A stretch of DNA of 44,006 nucleotides, from assembly GCA_025355595.1 (NCBI GenBank), contig JANXZI010000587.1:1-44006 (forward strand), read 5' to 3'. Below are positions 26,745 to 35,648 of the stretch, piece by piece (position 1 is the first letter of the stretch; each line of letters starts with the position of its first letter). Position numbers and translations under genes: made by a program. A model generated the notes under the pieces. That model was given only the letters and a program-made list of their open reading frames with translations. It had not been told where the DNA came from and made no database searches. This DNA comes from Spartobacteria bacterium (lineage in GTDB: Bacteria; Verrucomicrobiota; Verrucomicrobiia; Chthoniobacterales; Chthoniobacteraceae).

Positions 26745-27179
26745 CTACTTCCCGACCGTCCGCTTGAAATCAAACACGCCGCTCCCCAATTGGTAAGTGT
26801 TGCCACTCGTCGGATTCGGGCTGAACACAAAGCCGTCGTCTCCGGTTTGCGGGAGGTACGACGAGATGAGAATATCAATGTATTTACCCTCTTCCACGCC
26901 GTCGTTCATGCGCTGGACGACGACGATATTCGCCCTGTGCGTGTACACCTTGAGCGGGTGCAATGCCTTGATGCGCTCTGCCCAGCAGCCCGGCGGAATT
27001 TCGTTTCCTAGTTTTTCACCCGCGGCGTTGAGTGCCCCGACGTGGGCCGAATACGTCTTCTGCGCATCCTCAGCAAGGCCGTCTGGAAACAGCGCTGGCG
27101 AAACAGCCTGCTGATTTTCGCGGCAACCGCACGCGAAACACAGTAAGGCCAGCGCGAGACCAGTAGATCGAATTTTCAT
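26745..27179 (-). CDS. Hypothetical lipoprotein
   Basis: ATG at 27179 gives MKIRSTGLALALLCFACGC, a lipobox with the +1 Cys. The mature part is 125 aa with no recognised motif. It starts 55 nt after the DUF4139 gene stop on the same strand. Confidence 0.65.
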   Translation of the reverse strand: MKIRSTGLALALLCFACGCRENQQAVSPALFPDGLAEDAQKTYSAHVGALNAAGEKLGNEIPPGCWAERIKALHPLKVYTHRANIVVVQRMNDGVEEGKYIDILISSYLPQTGDDGFVFSPNPTSGNTYQLGSGVFDFKRTVGK

Positions 27180-27233
27180 TGGTAATCTATTCATTCTCAG
27201 ACCAGCGACGATTCCCGGAAGTTCCATCCGCCG

Positions 27234-28886
27234 TTACGTTGAAACCAGCACGGTGTAACGATACACAACCTTCTTTTCCTCGCCGGGCCTGAGCGTGAGT
27301 TTCCATTCGAGCTCGTGGCGCGGGTTCACGCTGAATACTCCTTCGCGGCGGAGCGTGTCGCTTGGTTTCTCCTGGGCCTCAATGAGTGCGCCGGAGAATT
27401 GCGCCTTCATCAGCAGCGTCACGGGCGTGCCGCGGAAATTGCGCACCGTCGCCTCCGCCTTCACGGTCGCGCGGTAATACCTGCGGCCACCGATCCATAT
27501 CTCCTGTTCCCGCTTGCCCGACTCCTCCAGTTCCGAGTGGCCAGTCTGGAGACTTAGCGCCTTCGTGATGTGCAGGCAACTGCGCTGGCCCGGATTGGTC
27601 CAGTTACTCTGGCTCTGCCCGCGGAACTGCCCTTCTTCGCGAATTGTCGCCGAGGCCGTCGTCATGGGAAACTTCAGCGGGTTTTGGAAAATCACCGAGT
27701 CCCAGGCATCCGAAACTTCCTCGGCCTCACCGCGGCCGGAATGCAAATACCGTCCGAACGCGTCACGCGTGTCCAGGATCGTCCACTCGACCACACGCTC
27801 ATACGCGGTGTCGCCGGATGCCACCTCCAGCGACATCGCGTCGCCCAGATCCAGCGTGCGTTTTCCGAGACTCTCGAAGTGGAGATCCTGACTCGTCGCG
27901 CCCGGTTCATTCACATCGGGAATCGGAGCGCCCATGTCCGCCGCCGCGGCATTACTATACACCTGACCATTCTGACTCAGCGCCCCTGCAGAACCCCGTC
28001 CGGGCTTGTTATTGATCTGATGGAAAAATGCCGCCAGCGAACTGCCCTGCCACAGCGGCGAATCCACATGCCCGAACTCGACATTCGGAAACCCGGAAAT
28101 CAGCGACAGCTCCGCTTCTGCAAACGGCATCAGTTCATTTTTCACCACTGCCGTCTGCCGGATGCGCAGGCTCTTCGCATCCGTCAGATCCACGAGATAC
28201 GCCGGTGCCCAACTCGCGCCCCGCGTGAGATAGGAGAGCTTCACTGGCCCCGGTTGTGACACGGTGAAAATCATCGCCGGCTTGTCCTTGGTGTGCTTGC
28301 GCGCGGCACTGGGAGTCAGAATTTCCACCCGGCCGATGCGCCCGAGCGCGATGAATTCCCTCGCGCCCTTGTCGCCTTCGAGCACGAGGAATCCTCCCGT
28401 CGTCGGAACCGGCACGCCCGCCATGCGCCCGTTGAACGCATTTCTCGCATAGCCGTCGCCCGCGCCGTCCTGCGAACCCCACACCCGCGGCTCCGGCTTT
28501 GGCTCCGGCATCGTCCACACCTTTCCGGTGAGCACGGTGCTCGCCTTGCCCTCTTCCGACGTGAGCGTCAGCTTCACCTCCGCGCCCGCGAGATCCGCCT
28601 GCAAATTTCCCGTGGGCAGACTGGACTCTGCGCCCTGGTCCACTTTGCGCAGGGTGGAGCGGACAGTGATCGCACCGCCCGACTCCGCACAGAAAGTCCC
28701 ATGCACCGCGCGCGGAGGCTCATCCCAGACAAAGTCACCCGCGCGATCCGCGGTGAACGAACACCTCACCACGCACAGGCCATTCTTAAAGAGGCCCACC
28801 GAATCAATCTTCGGATGAATGACACTTTCCTCGGCGAACGAAACGGACGCAGCGGCGAGCAGGACGGTGAGCAGGGAGGTTTTCAT
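27234..28886 (-). CDS. DUF4139-family protein (N-terminal DUF4140-like), secreted
   Basis: ATG at 28886 gives the signal peptide MKTSLLTVLLAAASVSFA. IDSVGLFKNGLCVVRCSF...LSYLTRGASWAPAYLVDL...VVYRYTVLV matches my memory of the DUF4140/DUF4139 layout. The upstream 100 codons of the track ORF are Arg/Gly-rich. Confidence 0.78.
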   Translation of the reverse strand: MKTSLLTVLLAAASVSFAEESVIHPKIDSVGLFKNGLCVVRCSFTADRAGDFVWDEPPRAVHGTFCAESGGAITVRSTLRKVDQGAESSLPTGNLQADLAGAEVKLTLTSEEGKASTVLTGKVWTMPEPKPEPRVWGSQDGAGDGYARNAFNGRMAGVPVPTTGGFLVLEGDKGAREFIALGRIGRVEILTPSAARKHTKDKPAMIFTVSQPGPVKLSYLTRGASWAPAYLVDLTDAKSLRIRQTAVVKNELMPFAEAELSLISGFPNVEFGHVDSPLWQGSSLAAFFHQINNKPGRGSAGALSQNGQVYSNAAAADMGAPIPDVNEPGATSQDLHFESLGKRTLDLGDAMSLEVASGDTAYERVVEWTILDTRDAFGRYLHSGRGEAEEVSDAWDSVIFQNPLKFPMTTASATIREEGQFRGQSQSNWTNPGQRSCLHITKALSLQTGHSELEESGKREQEIWIGGRRYYRATVKAEATVRNFRGTPVTLLMKAQFSGALIEAQEKPSDTLRREGVFSVNPRHELEWKLTLRPGEEKKVVYRYTVLVST

Positions 28887-28966
28887 GATGCACCGATCCT
28901 GAGGAAGCCGTCGCGCGCCGTCATCCACGACGTTGTAAAAAGATTGTACGAGGGCCGTGCCGCCCG

Positions 28967-29878
28967 TCACTCCACCACGCGTTCGACCTTCAGCCCGGCC
29001 TTCTCGAGGAGCTTCAGCACGCCCTCGTCGCCGCCGAGGTGCGCCGCACCGATGGCAAAGAAGACCGGCTTGCCCTCGGCGGCTTTCACTTTCACAGCCA
29101 TCCTCCCGGCCATCACATGATTCCGTTTTGTGAGCAGCGCATCCATCACCCGCTTCAGGAGCGCTGGGTCGAGGCCCTTCGACCACTCATTCATCTTTGC
29201 CTCGATTTTCGCGAGGTCGCCCGAGAGATAGCTTTCCCGCAGTTCCTCGATCGGGAGACGCTTTTCCCGCTGTGCCTTTTCCATTCCGTCGAGCGTGCTC
29301 CGCAGGATGGCGATCTGGTCATCCGCGGCAAAGCTGGAGAGCACGGCCATCTGCTCATCCAGGGTCTCGATTCCGCCCACTTGCTTGCCGCCAGCCTCGG
29401 CGCGCGCGTAAAGCTGCGCATCGAGTATCTTGCCCCCGGGATATTTCACATACTCCTCAAACAACGGCAACTCGAAGCCCAGCGCCCACACCGGCAGCCG
29501 GTCGAGCGGCTTGAGCGAGAGCTGTGGATGGATCTGCCGGAGGATGGCCCCCGTGCGTTCGTAGAGATCCCTCGGCAGCGAATCCTTCAGCGATTTCCCG
29601 CCCGCCATCATCGCGACCGCGGCCTTCATTTGCGTGCCCGCATCCATCGGGATTTCGCACATCAGGATCTCGCAGCCGTCGAGTGCCTTCTCCGTCACAG
29701 ATGCGAGCTTCGTCTCGCGCGGACCGGCGAGATGGATTGTGCCGAAGACGTAGCTCGGCTTCTCGCCGCCGATGCGCCACAGCAGCGGCTTGCCCGACGC
29801 GGGATCGTCCGCGTGCGCGGTAAATGTGACGAGCAATGCGAGCAAAGGCGCGACGAGCGCGCGGAGGGTGGGAAGCAT
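28967..29878 (-). CDS. TraB/GumN-family protein, secreted
   Basis: ATG at 29878 gives MLPTLRALVAPLLALLVTFTAHA. LLWRIGGEKPSYVFGTIHL and the C-terminal VFFAIGAAHLGGDEGVLKLLEKAGLKVERV are typical GumN/TraB blocks. Confidence 0.85.
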   Translation of the reverse strand: MLPTLRALVAPLLALLVTFTAHADDPASGKPLLWRIGGEKPSYVFGTIHLAGPRETKLASVTEKALDGCEILMCEIPMDAGTQMKAAVAMMAGGKSLKDSLPRDLYERTGAILRQIHPQLSLKPLDRLPVWALGFELPLFEEYVKYPGGKILDAQLYARAEAGGKQVGGIETLDEQMAVLSSFAADDQIAILRSTLDGMEKAQREKRLPIEELRESYLSGDLAKIEAKMNEWSKGLDPALLKRVMDALLTKRNHVMAGRMAVKVKAAEGKPVFFAIGAAHLGGDEGVLKLLEKAGLKVERVVE

Positions 29879-30442
29879 GAGTGGGCGCAGTGGTGGGTGA
29901 AGTGAGGGCGCGGATGCGGGATTCCTAATGCCGTCCGCCGCGCCATGCACGCCGAATCCCGGGGCTTTCACCGCCGCCGCGCGGAAAGCAGCGCAGGAAG
30001 CCATGCTCCCCACTTCCCAAGCCTCCCGTCATTCCCCATTCAGCATTCAATATTCGCCATCTTTTCCGCGCACCACGGTCTATCACCTATCGCGCCGCGG
30101 CGACCGGAAGACCGACCCGACTATCCGGCTAACATCAGGAATTCCCACGTTGCCTCTGGAAGCCCGTCGCAAAAGACTTCCCGCCCGTGAGGACTCCCCT
30201 CCCCCTTACACCGAGCAAAACGCCGCCCACCCTCGGCCCAATGCCATGTTAGGCGCAAGATGCCATGTCCGTGGGGCACGCAGCTCGTGGATGATGTCCT
30301 TCACCGCACCGAGACAGCGATGGCGCAGTCGCACACTTTCCTCGCGAGTGAACTCGCCGTTCGCGCCCAGATGGCTGCTCTCGCATGAATGAACCGTCGG
30401 TTAACCATGCGGTTTATTGAGGCGCGCGCATTATAGTGGCAG

Positions 30443-30641
30443 CCCGGAGGGCTGATGGAAATTAGCCGGTGGTCGAGCGCAGCGAACACCACCGGTTCAT
30501 GCGGAAAAAAGTCCTGCGTCCCGGCAGGGGCGCTGGGAACGCGTGTTCATCCAATTTCCGTCGCCCCTGCCGGGGCGGTGGCCTTTGGAAACCCGTCATC
30601 CGGTAGTTTCACCGCCGGCTAATTTCCGGCAACCCTCCGGG
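30443..30641. repeat. ~200-nt nested inverted-repeat element in the pckG / TraB-GumN spacer
   Basis: Outer arms cccggagggctgatggaaattagccggtggt (30443-30473) and accgccggctaatttccggcaaccctccggg (30611-30641): about 26 of 31 complementary. Inner arms gtcccggcaggggcg (30518-30532) and cgcccctgccggggc (30562-30576): 14 of 15. An extra local hairpin is ccggtggt..accaccgg (30467-30494). Confidence 0.7.
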
Positions 30642-30735
30642 TTGGTTGACTCATCACGCGAACGGAAGTTTCCGAGAGCGCAAGGCAAGCTATTCGGATG
30701 ATTCTTAGGTTCCTCACCGTCCACGGAACAAAGGA

Positions 30736-32559
30736 TCACATCCGACAGATCAGCAGCTCGCGCTCGTAGATCAGCTCCTTCGGCAGATGGCTCTTCAGGT
30801 CGAGGAACAGCTCTTCGTGTGAGAGGATCTCCGCCCGCCACGCGTCGCGGTCGAAGCGCTGAAGCTCGTTGAATTTCTCCTCAGAAAAGTCGAGGCCCGT
30901 CCAGTCAATGTCCGAGTATTCCGGCATCCAGCCGATGGGGGTCTCGCGGGCCATGCCGTGGCCGTTCGCGCGATCCACGATCCATTGCAGCACGCGCATG
31001 TTATCGCCGAAGCCGGGCCAGAGGAATTTTCCGTCCGCGTCCTTGCGGAACCAGTTCACATTGAAGATCCGCGGCGTGGAGGTGAGCGTGCGCTGCATCG
31101 AGATCCAGTGGCGGAAATAGTCGCCCATGTTATAACCGCAGAAAGGCAGCATGGCCATCGGGTCACGGCGCACTTTTCCGATGGTGCCGGCGGCGGCGGT
31201 CATCTCGCTGCCCATGGTGGCACCCATGTACACGCCGCAGCTCCAGTTGAACGCTTGGTACACGAGCGGCATCGTCGTCGCCCGGCGTCCGCCAAAGATG
31301 ATCGCGCTGAGCGGGACGCCTTCCGGTTTCTCCCAGTCGGGATCAATGTTCGGGCACTGCGAGGCAGGAGCGGTGAAGCGCGAATTCGGATGCGCGGCCT
31401 TCACGCCTTTCTCCTTCGCGATTTCGGGCGTCCATTCGTGGCCCTGCCAGTCTATGGCCTTCGCCGGCGGCTGGTCCGTCATGCCTTCCCACCACACGCC
31501 GCCATCGGGAGTCAGCGCGACATTCGTGAAGATCGTGTTCTTCCGCAGCGAGGCCATTGCATTCGGATTCGTGTGCGTGCTCGTACCGGGAGCGACGCCG
31601 AAGAACCCAGCCTCGGGATTGATCGCGTGGAGGCGGCCATCGGCCCCCGGTTTGATCCACGCGATGTCGTCGCCCACGGTCCAGCATTTCCAGCCCTGAT
31701 CCAGAAAATGCTTCGGCGGGATGAGCATCGCGAAGTTCGTTTTCCCGCACGCGCTCGGAAACGCGGCGGCCACGTACGTCTTGCTCCCCTGCGGATCCTC
31801 GACGCCGAGGATGAGCATGTGCTCGGCCATCCAGCCTTCGTCGCGCGCCATGGCGGAGGCGATGCGCAGCGCGAAACATTTTTTGCCGAGCAAGGCATTG
31901 CCGCCATAGCCCGAGCCATAGCTCCAAATCTCGCGCGTCTCAGGAAAATGAACGATGTATTTTTCCTTGTTGAACGGCCACGGCACATCCTTCTGCCCCT
32001 TCTTCAGCGGCGCACCGACGGAGTGCATGCCCGGCACCACGCGCTTGTCGCTCTTATCGATCAGTTGGAACACCTTCGTGCCGATGCGCGCCATGATGCG
32101 CATGTTCGCGACGGCATACGGCGAGTCGGTGAGCTGCACGCCAATCTGGGACATCGGCGAATCCAGCGGCCCCATGCAGAACGCCAGCACATACATCGTG
32201 CGTCCCTTCATGCAGGCGTTGAAGAGGCCGCGCAGTTTCTTCTTCATCTCAAATGGGTTCATCCAGTTGTTCGTCGGCCCCGCGCCGTCCTTCGATGCAC
32301 TGCAAATGAAAGTGCGATCCTCGACCCGCGCCACATCGCTGGCGTCCGACCGCGCGAGAAAACATCCCGGCCACTTTTTCGGATTGAGCCGCGTCAGCGT
32401 GCCGCCTTCGACCATCGCGTCGCATAGCCGATCATATTCGTCCTTCGATCCATCCACCCAGTGAATGCGATCAGGTTTGCAGAGCGTGGACATTTTTTTC
32501 ACCCAGTGCAGGAGGTGGACGTTTTTGCTGAGCGGTTTAGCGGAGTCGGTCTTGGCCAT
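30736..32559 (-). CDS. pckG: Phosphoenolpyruvate carboxykinase (GTP)
   Basis: Full-length match to the GTP-PEPCK pattern: VHLLHWV...IHWVDGS..., [13 protein letters not shown] (kinase-1a/P-loop), [50 protein letters not shown]. The ATG at 32559 is preferred over the TTG at 32565. Confidence 0.95.
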   Translation of the reverse strand: MAKTDSAKPLSKNVHLLHWVKKMSTLCKPDRIHWVDGSKDEYDRLCDAMVEGGTLTRLNPKKWPGCFLARSDASDVARVEDRTFICSASKDGAGPTNNWMNPFEMKKKLRGLFNACMKGRTMYVLAFCMGPLDSPMSQIGVQLTDSPYAVANMRIMARIGTKVFQLIDKSDKRVVPGMHSVGAPLKKGQKDVPWPFNKEKYIVHFPETREIWSYGSGYGGNALLGKKCFALRIASAMARDEGWMAEHMLILGVEDPQGSKTYVAAAFPSACGKTNFAMLIPPKHFLDQGWKCWTVGDDIAWIKPGADGRLHAINPEAGFFGVAPGTSTHTNPNAMASLRKNTIFTNVALTPDGGVWWEGMTDQPPAKAIDWQGHEWTPEIAKEKGVKAAHPNSRFTAPASQCPNIDPDWEKPEGVPLSAIIFGGRRATTMPLVYQAFNWSCGVYMGATMGSEMTAAAGTIGKVRRDPMAMLPFCGYNMGDYFRHWISMQRTLTSTPRIFNVNWFRKDADGKFLWPGFGDNMRVLQWIVDRANGHGMARETPIGWMPEYSDIDWTGLDFSEEKFNELQRFDRDAWRAEILSHEELFLDLKSHLPKELIYERELLICRM

Positions 32560-32701
32560 GGTCAATGTGAGATTTTTTCCGCGGACAACGTCGCGTTGAT
32601 TTCACGGGCAGGGTGAAAGATGCGCCAAAGGTTGTCGATCCCGAACCGGGGTTCCTTTCTTTCTGCGCCGAGTATGCGCCGGACTCCTGTTCCTTTTCGT
32701 C

Positions 32702-34600
32702 TTGGCTCCGCGATTTATACTTGAACGGGATTGCCTCCGCGGAAGGCGCGCCCATAGAGTCGCACCCGTGCCTGAAAACAGCCCCCCAGCGAGACCTTCC
32801 GCGCGCGTGCAGTTCTGGGGAACCCGCGGCTCGCTCGCCAAGCCCGGACGCAACACTGTCCGCTATGGTGGGAACACGTCATGTGTCCAGCTCACCTCGC
32901 CGGGCGGTTCGCTCGTCGTCATGGATTGCGGCACCGGCGCACACGATCTCGGCCAGACCCTGCTCGCGCAGGCAGAGGGGCCGCTGCGTGGCAGCATCCT
33001 CATCAGCCACACGCACTGGGATCACATCCAGGGCTTTCCATTTTTCGCCCCGCTCTTCGTGCCGGGCGGACAATGGGACATCTACGGCCCCGCCGGACTC
33101 GGCCAGTCGCTCCGCGAGACGCTCGCGGGGCAGATGCAGTATTCCTATTTCCCGCTCACGCTCGATGAAATGGGCGCAAGCATTCGCTTCCACGATCTCG
33201 TCGAGGGCACGCTGGAGATTGACGACATGCGCATCACCACGCGCTACCTGAACCACTCGGTGCTCACGCTGGCCTATCGTTTCGACATGGCGGGAATCCG
33301 CGTCGTCTATGCGTGCGACCACGAGCCTTACTCGCGAGAGCCAGCCGCGCCCGACAAACTCAGCGAACGCGATCGGCAGCACAGCGAATTTTTTGCAGAT
33401 GCCGATTTGGTCATTCACGACGCGCAGTACACGGACGCCGAGTATCTCAGCAAAAAAGGCTGGGGCCACAGCCCGGTCGAATACGTCTCGGCGATTGCCC
33501 GCGCAGCCGGCGTGAGGCAGCTCGCCCTTGCCCACCACGATCCCCTGCGCACCGACGACGCGCTCGATCAGGTCGTCGCGGCAGTTTACGCCGACTTGGC
33601 GGAGAGAAAATCGCCCATGCACGCATTCGCCGCAGCCGACGGACAAATCGTGGAACTCCGCGCGCCCGACCAGCCGCAGCAGACACGCGAGAGCATCGTC
33701 ACCGCCACGCCCGCCGCGGCTCCGGTGATCCGGGAATCCACCGTCGTCATGGGCATCTCAGACACAAAACTCGCCGTCACGCTCGCCGAGGCCACCCGCG
33801 CGGAAGGCGTGCGGATGAGCCACGCCTCGGATGGGAGTTCGCTGCTGCAAATGGTGGAATCCGAAGTGCCCTCACTGGTGCTCATGGAGGATCGCCTCTC
33901 CGGACTCGACGGCCTCGGCATTTGCAAAAGCGTGCGGGGCGCGGGCGGAGCGGAATCAAAAAATGTCCCCATCGTCATCGTCGCCGATCGCGAGCGCGCC
34001 GACGAAGGCAAGGCCGCCGGGGTCACGGGCTGGCTCGTGAAGCCATTCACCACACAGTACGCGCGCGCACACATCCAGTCGTGGATCATGCGCACCGCCT
34101 GCCGCTGGGCCCGCGCCGCGATGCCGCCGGACGAGGTCACCCGGCTCGCCACACTCCGCGGGCTTGGCCTCCTCGACACATCGCCCGAGGAGCGCTTCGA
34201 CCGCATCACGCGCGTCGCCGCCGCGCTCGCCGACGTGCCCATCGCCTACATCTCGCTCATGGATGAAAACCGCCAGTGGTTCAAATCCTGCCGGGGATTC
34301 GCCGCATCCGAGACCTCGCGCGACGCGGCATTCTGCGCCCACGTTATCCTGAAACGCGAACCCCTGATCATCCCCGACACGCACCAGGACGTCCGCTTCA
34401 CCGACAACCCGCTCGTCACTGGCGCGCCAGGCATCCGCTTCTACGCCGGCTTCCCCGTCTTCCACAAAAATGCCAGTTGCATCGGCACCCTCTGCCTCGT
34501 GGACACCCGCCCGCGGCAGTTCCCCGAAGCGATGATCAAAATGTTCGCCGACCTCGCCAGCCTCGTGCAGCAGGAGGTCAATTTCGGCAACGGGAAGTGA
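32702..34600 (+). CDS. MBL-fold hydrolase + receiver (REC) + GAF fusion protein
   Basis: VQFWGTRGS...GGNTSCVQL...ILISHTHWDHIQGFPFF (HxHxDH at 33007-33024). The REC-like part is LVLMEDRLSGLDG...PIVIVADRE...GWLVKPF. The GAF-like part is LLDTSPEERFDRITRVAA...IAYISLMDENRQWFKS...FYAGFPV...IGTLCLVD. The start is uncertain: TTG at 32702, GTG at 32768 or GTG at 32807. Confidence 0.85.
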   Translation: MAPRFILERDCLRGRRAHRVAPVPENSPPARPSARVQFWGTRGSLAKPGRNTVRYGGNTSCVQLTSPGGSLVVMDCGTGAHDLGQTLLAQAEGPLRGSILISHTHWDHIQGFPFFAPLFVPGGQWDIYGPAGLGQSLRETLAGQMQYSYFPLTLDEMGASIRFHDLVEGTLEIDDMRITTRYLNHSVLTLAYRFDMAGIRVVYACDHEPYSREPAAPDKLSERDRQHSEFFADADLVIHDAQYTDAEYLSKKGWGHSPVEYVSAIARAAGVRQLALAHHDPLRTDDALDQVVAAVYADLAERKSPMHAFAAADGQIVELRAPDQPQQTRESIVTATPAAAPVIRESTVVMGISDTKLAVTLAEATRAEGVRMSHASDGSSLLQMVESEVPSLVLMEDRLSGLDGLGICKSVRGAGGAESKNVPIVIVADRERADEGKAAGVTGWLVKPFTTQYARAHIQSWIMRTACRWARAAMPPDEVTRLATLRGLGLLDTSPEERFDRITRVAAALADVPIAYISLMDENRQWFKSCRGFAASETSRDAAFCAHVILKREPLIIPDTHQDVRFTDNPLVTGAPGIRFYAGFPVFHKNASCIGTLCLVDTRPRQFPEAMIKMFADLASLVQQEVNFGNGK

Positions 34601-34670
34601 ACAACTTCCTCAGGGTAATCGCCTCAAAAGCCACAGGGAAGCTGCATTGAGGAAAGGCCGCTGCGCGGCG

Positions 34671-34789
34671 CTTAACGACTAACATTTAACGCCCAACACC
34701 TAACGTTGGAAGTTCACAGCGATCAGCTCCAAGGGATCGGATTCCGCCGTTTAGCGTTAGAAGTTAGGTGTTCAATGTTAGACGTTAGG
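34671..34789. repeat. Intergenic imperfect palindrome built from CTAACNN heptamers
   Basis: The left part is cttaacg actaaca tttaacg cccaaca cctaacg. The right part is cgttagaa gttaggt gttcaat gttagac gttagg. Arms are complementary except for a ~7-nt bulge. It lies between the convergent MBL-REC-GAF and amidase genes. Confidence 0.7.
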
Positions 34790-34922
34790 ACCGCCGCAGG
34801 CGCCTCCCGCTGTTCTGAAGTTTCGCTCTTTGAGACCCCGCGAGTCGCAGCCACCGATGGATGGAGGCGACCACGCTTTGCTCTCCCGACGGTCCGCAGA
34901 GCCAGTTAGGCGCCGGCGCAAT

Positions 34923-35624
34923 TCAGTGCGATGCCCTCCACGCCTCGATGCCTGCGAGCAGGGCGTCGGCCATCTTATCCTGTCCCGCCGCGCTGGCGAT
35001 GATCTCAGCATCACCCTTGCTATTGATGAAGCACATCTCAATCAGCGCGGTCGGAACGCGGGAAAAAATCGAGCCGGTCAGCACCCCGCCCTGTTTTCCG
35101 CCGACAAAGGTCTGCGCGTCGGTCTTGATGGTGTTGGCCCCCAGCGTTCCTTTGAGGACAGGCTTCATCGCTTCGTTCATCGTTTCAGCGAGGCGGCGGC
35201 TGGAAGCCCGCACATCATGCGGCGGTCCCGTCACGCCCTCCTTTGTCCCCGAACGATCGGGATAGTACCACATGAATCCGCTGCCCCCGCCCGTATCGCA
35301 GTGCAGGCGGATGAATGCCGTGCATGGCATCTGGTAAGAGTTCGCGCCATTCGCGATTTCAGCCCGCTCACGATTGGTCACGCGCTGCTTTTCCGAACCC
35401 TTCGTGACAACAAACGGGATTCCCTTGGCCTTCAGCTTTGTTGCCAGACGCTGCGCGACCTCCCAGTTCAGATGGTTTTCACTGAGCCCATTGGCGCTCG
35501 AACCGTCAGAAGTTTCCGATGGATGGCCGGGATCGATGCAGACCAGAAACAGATCCTTTGGTGCAGAATACGACAGGTCTCCACTGAGCAGGAGTAACCA
35601 CAAGGTTCGGATCGGAAAATTCAT
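34923..35624 (-). CDS. N-acetylmuramoyl-L-alanine amidase (Amidase_3 family)
   Basis: ATG at 35624 (GTG at 35630 is possible). Signal-like MNFPIRTLWLLLLSG. CIDPGHPSE...NGLSENHLNWEVAQRLATKLKAKG...AFIRLHCD...TALIEMCFINSKGD fits the Zn-amidase pattern. Confidence 0.85.
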   Translation of the reverse strand: MNFPIRTLWLLLLSGDLSYSAPKDLFLVCIDPGHPSETSDGSSANGLSENHLNWEVAQRLATKLKAKGIPFVVTKGSEKQRVTNRERAEIANGANSYQMPCTAFIRLHCDTGGGSGFMWYYPDRSGTKEGVTGPPHDVRASSRRLAETMNEAMKPVLKGTLGANTIKTDAQTFVGGKQGGVLTGSIFSRVPTALIEMCFINSKGDAEIIASAAGQDKMADALLAGIEAWRASH

Positions 35625-35648
35625 TGGCACTACCGTATCGCCAGCCGC

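Noticed and set aside
30335-30343. Minus-strand GAGGAAAGT resembling the RNase P RNA P4 motif (GAGGAAAGUCCGGGC).
   Set aside because: The match ends after 9 nt (followed by gtgcg, not ccggg), and none of the other conserved RNase P blocks is nearby.
29928-30392. 154-aa ORF (+), and a ~60-codon protein-like minus-strand frame (GEFTREESVRLRHRCLGAVKDIIHEL), in the pckG / GumN spacer.
   Set aside because: The plus ORF is Pro/Arg/Ser-rich with no motif. The minus frame has no ATG and is bounded by stops. It is at best a gene relic, so it is mentioned under the nested-palindrome finding rather than called.
34278-34288. tRNA T-loop-like string ggttcaaatcc.
   Set aside because: It lies inside the GAF-domain coding region (ENRQWFKSCRG). 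The flanking bases do not form a T-stem, and no acceptor or anticodon arms are present.
34671-34789. attC-like boxes in the CTAACNN palindrome: ACCTAAC, ATTTAAC and GCCCAAC fit RYYYAAC, and GTTAGGT and GTTAGAC fit GTTRRRY. This is tempting given the integrase in the window.
   Set aside because: The matches arise because the whole element is a tandem array of YTAAC units, not a single R''/L''-L'/R' pair. The sequence next to the best box pair does not base-pair as L''/L' should. There is no array of short same-strand cassettes. The element is 9 kb from intI with large housekeeping genes between. It should still be run through an attC covariance model.
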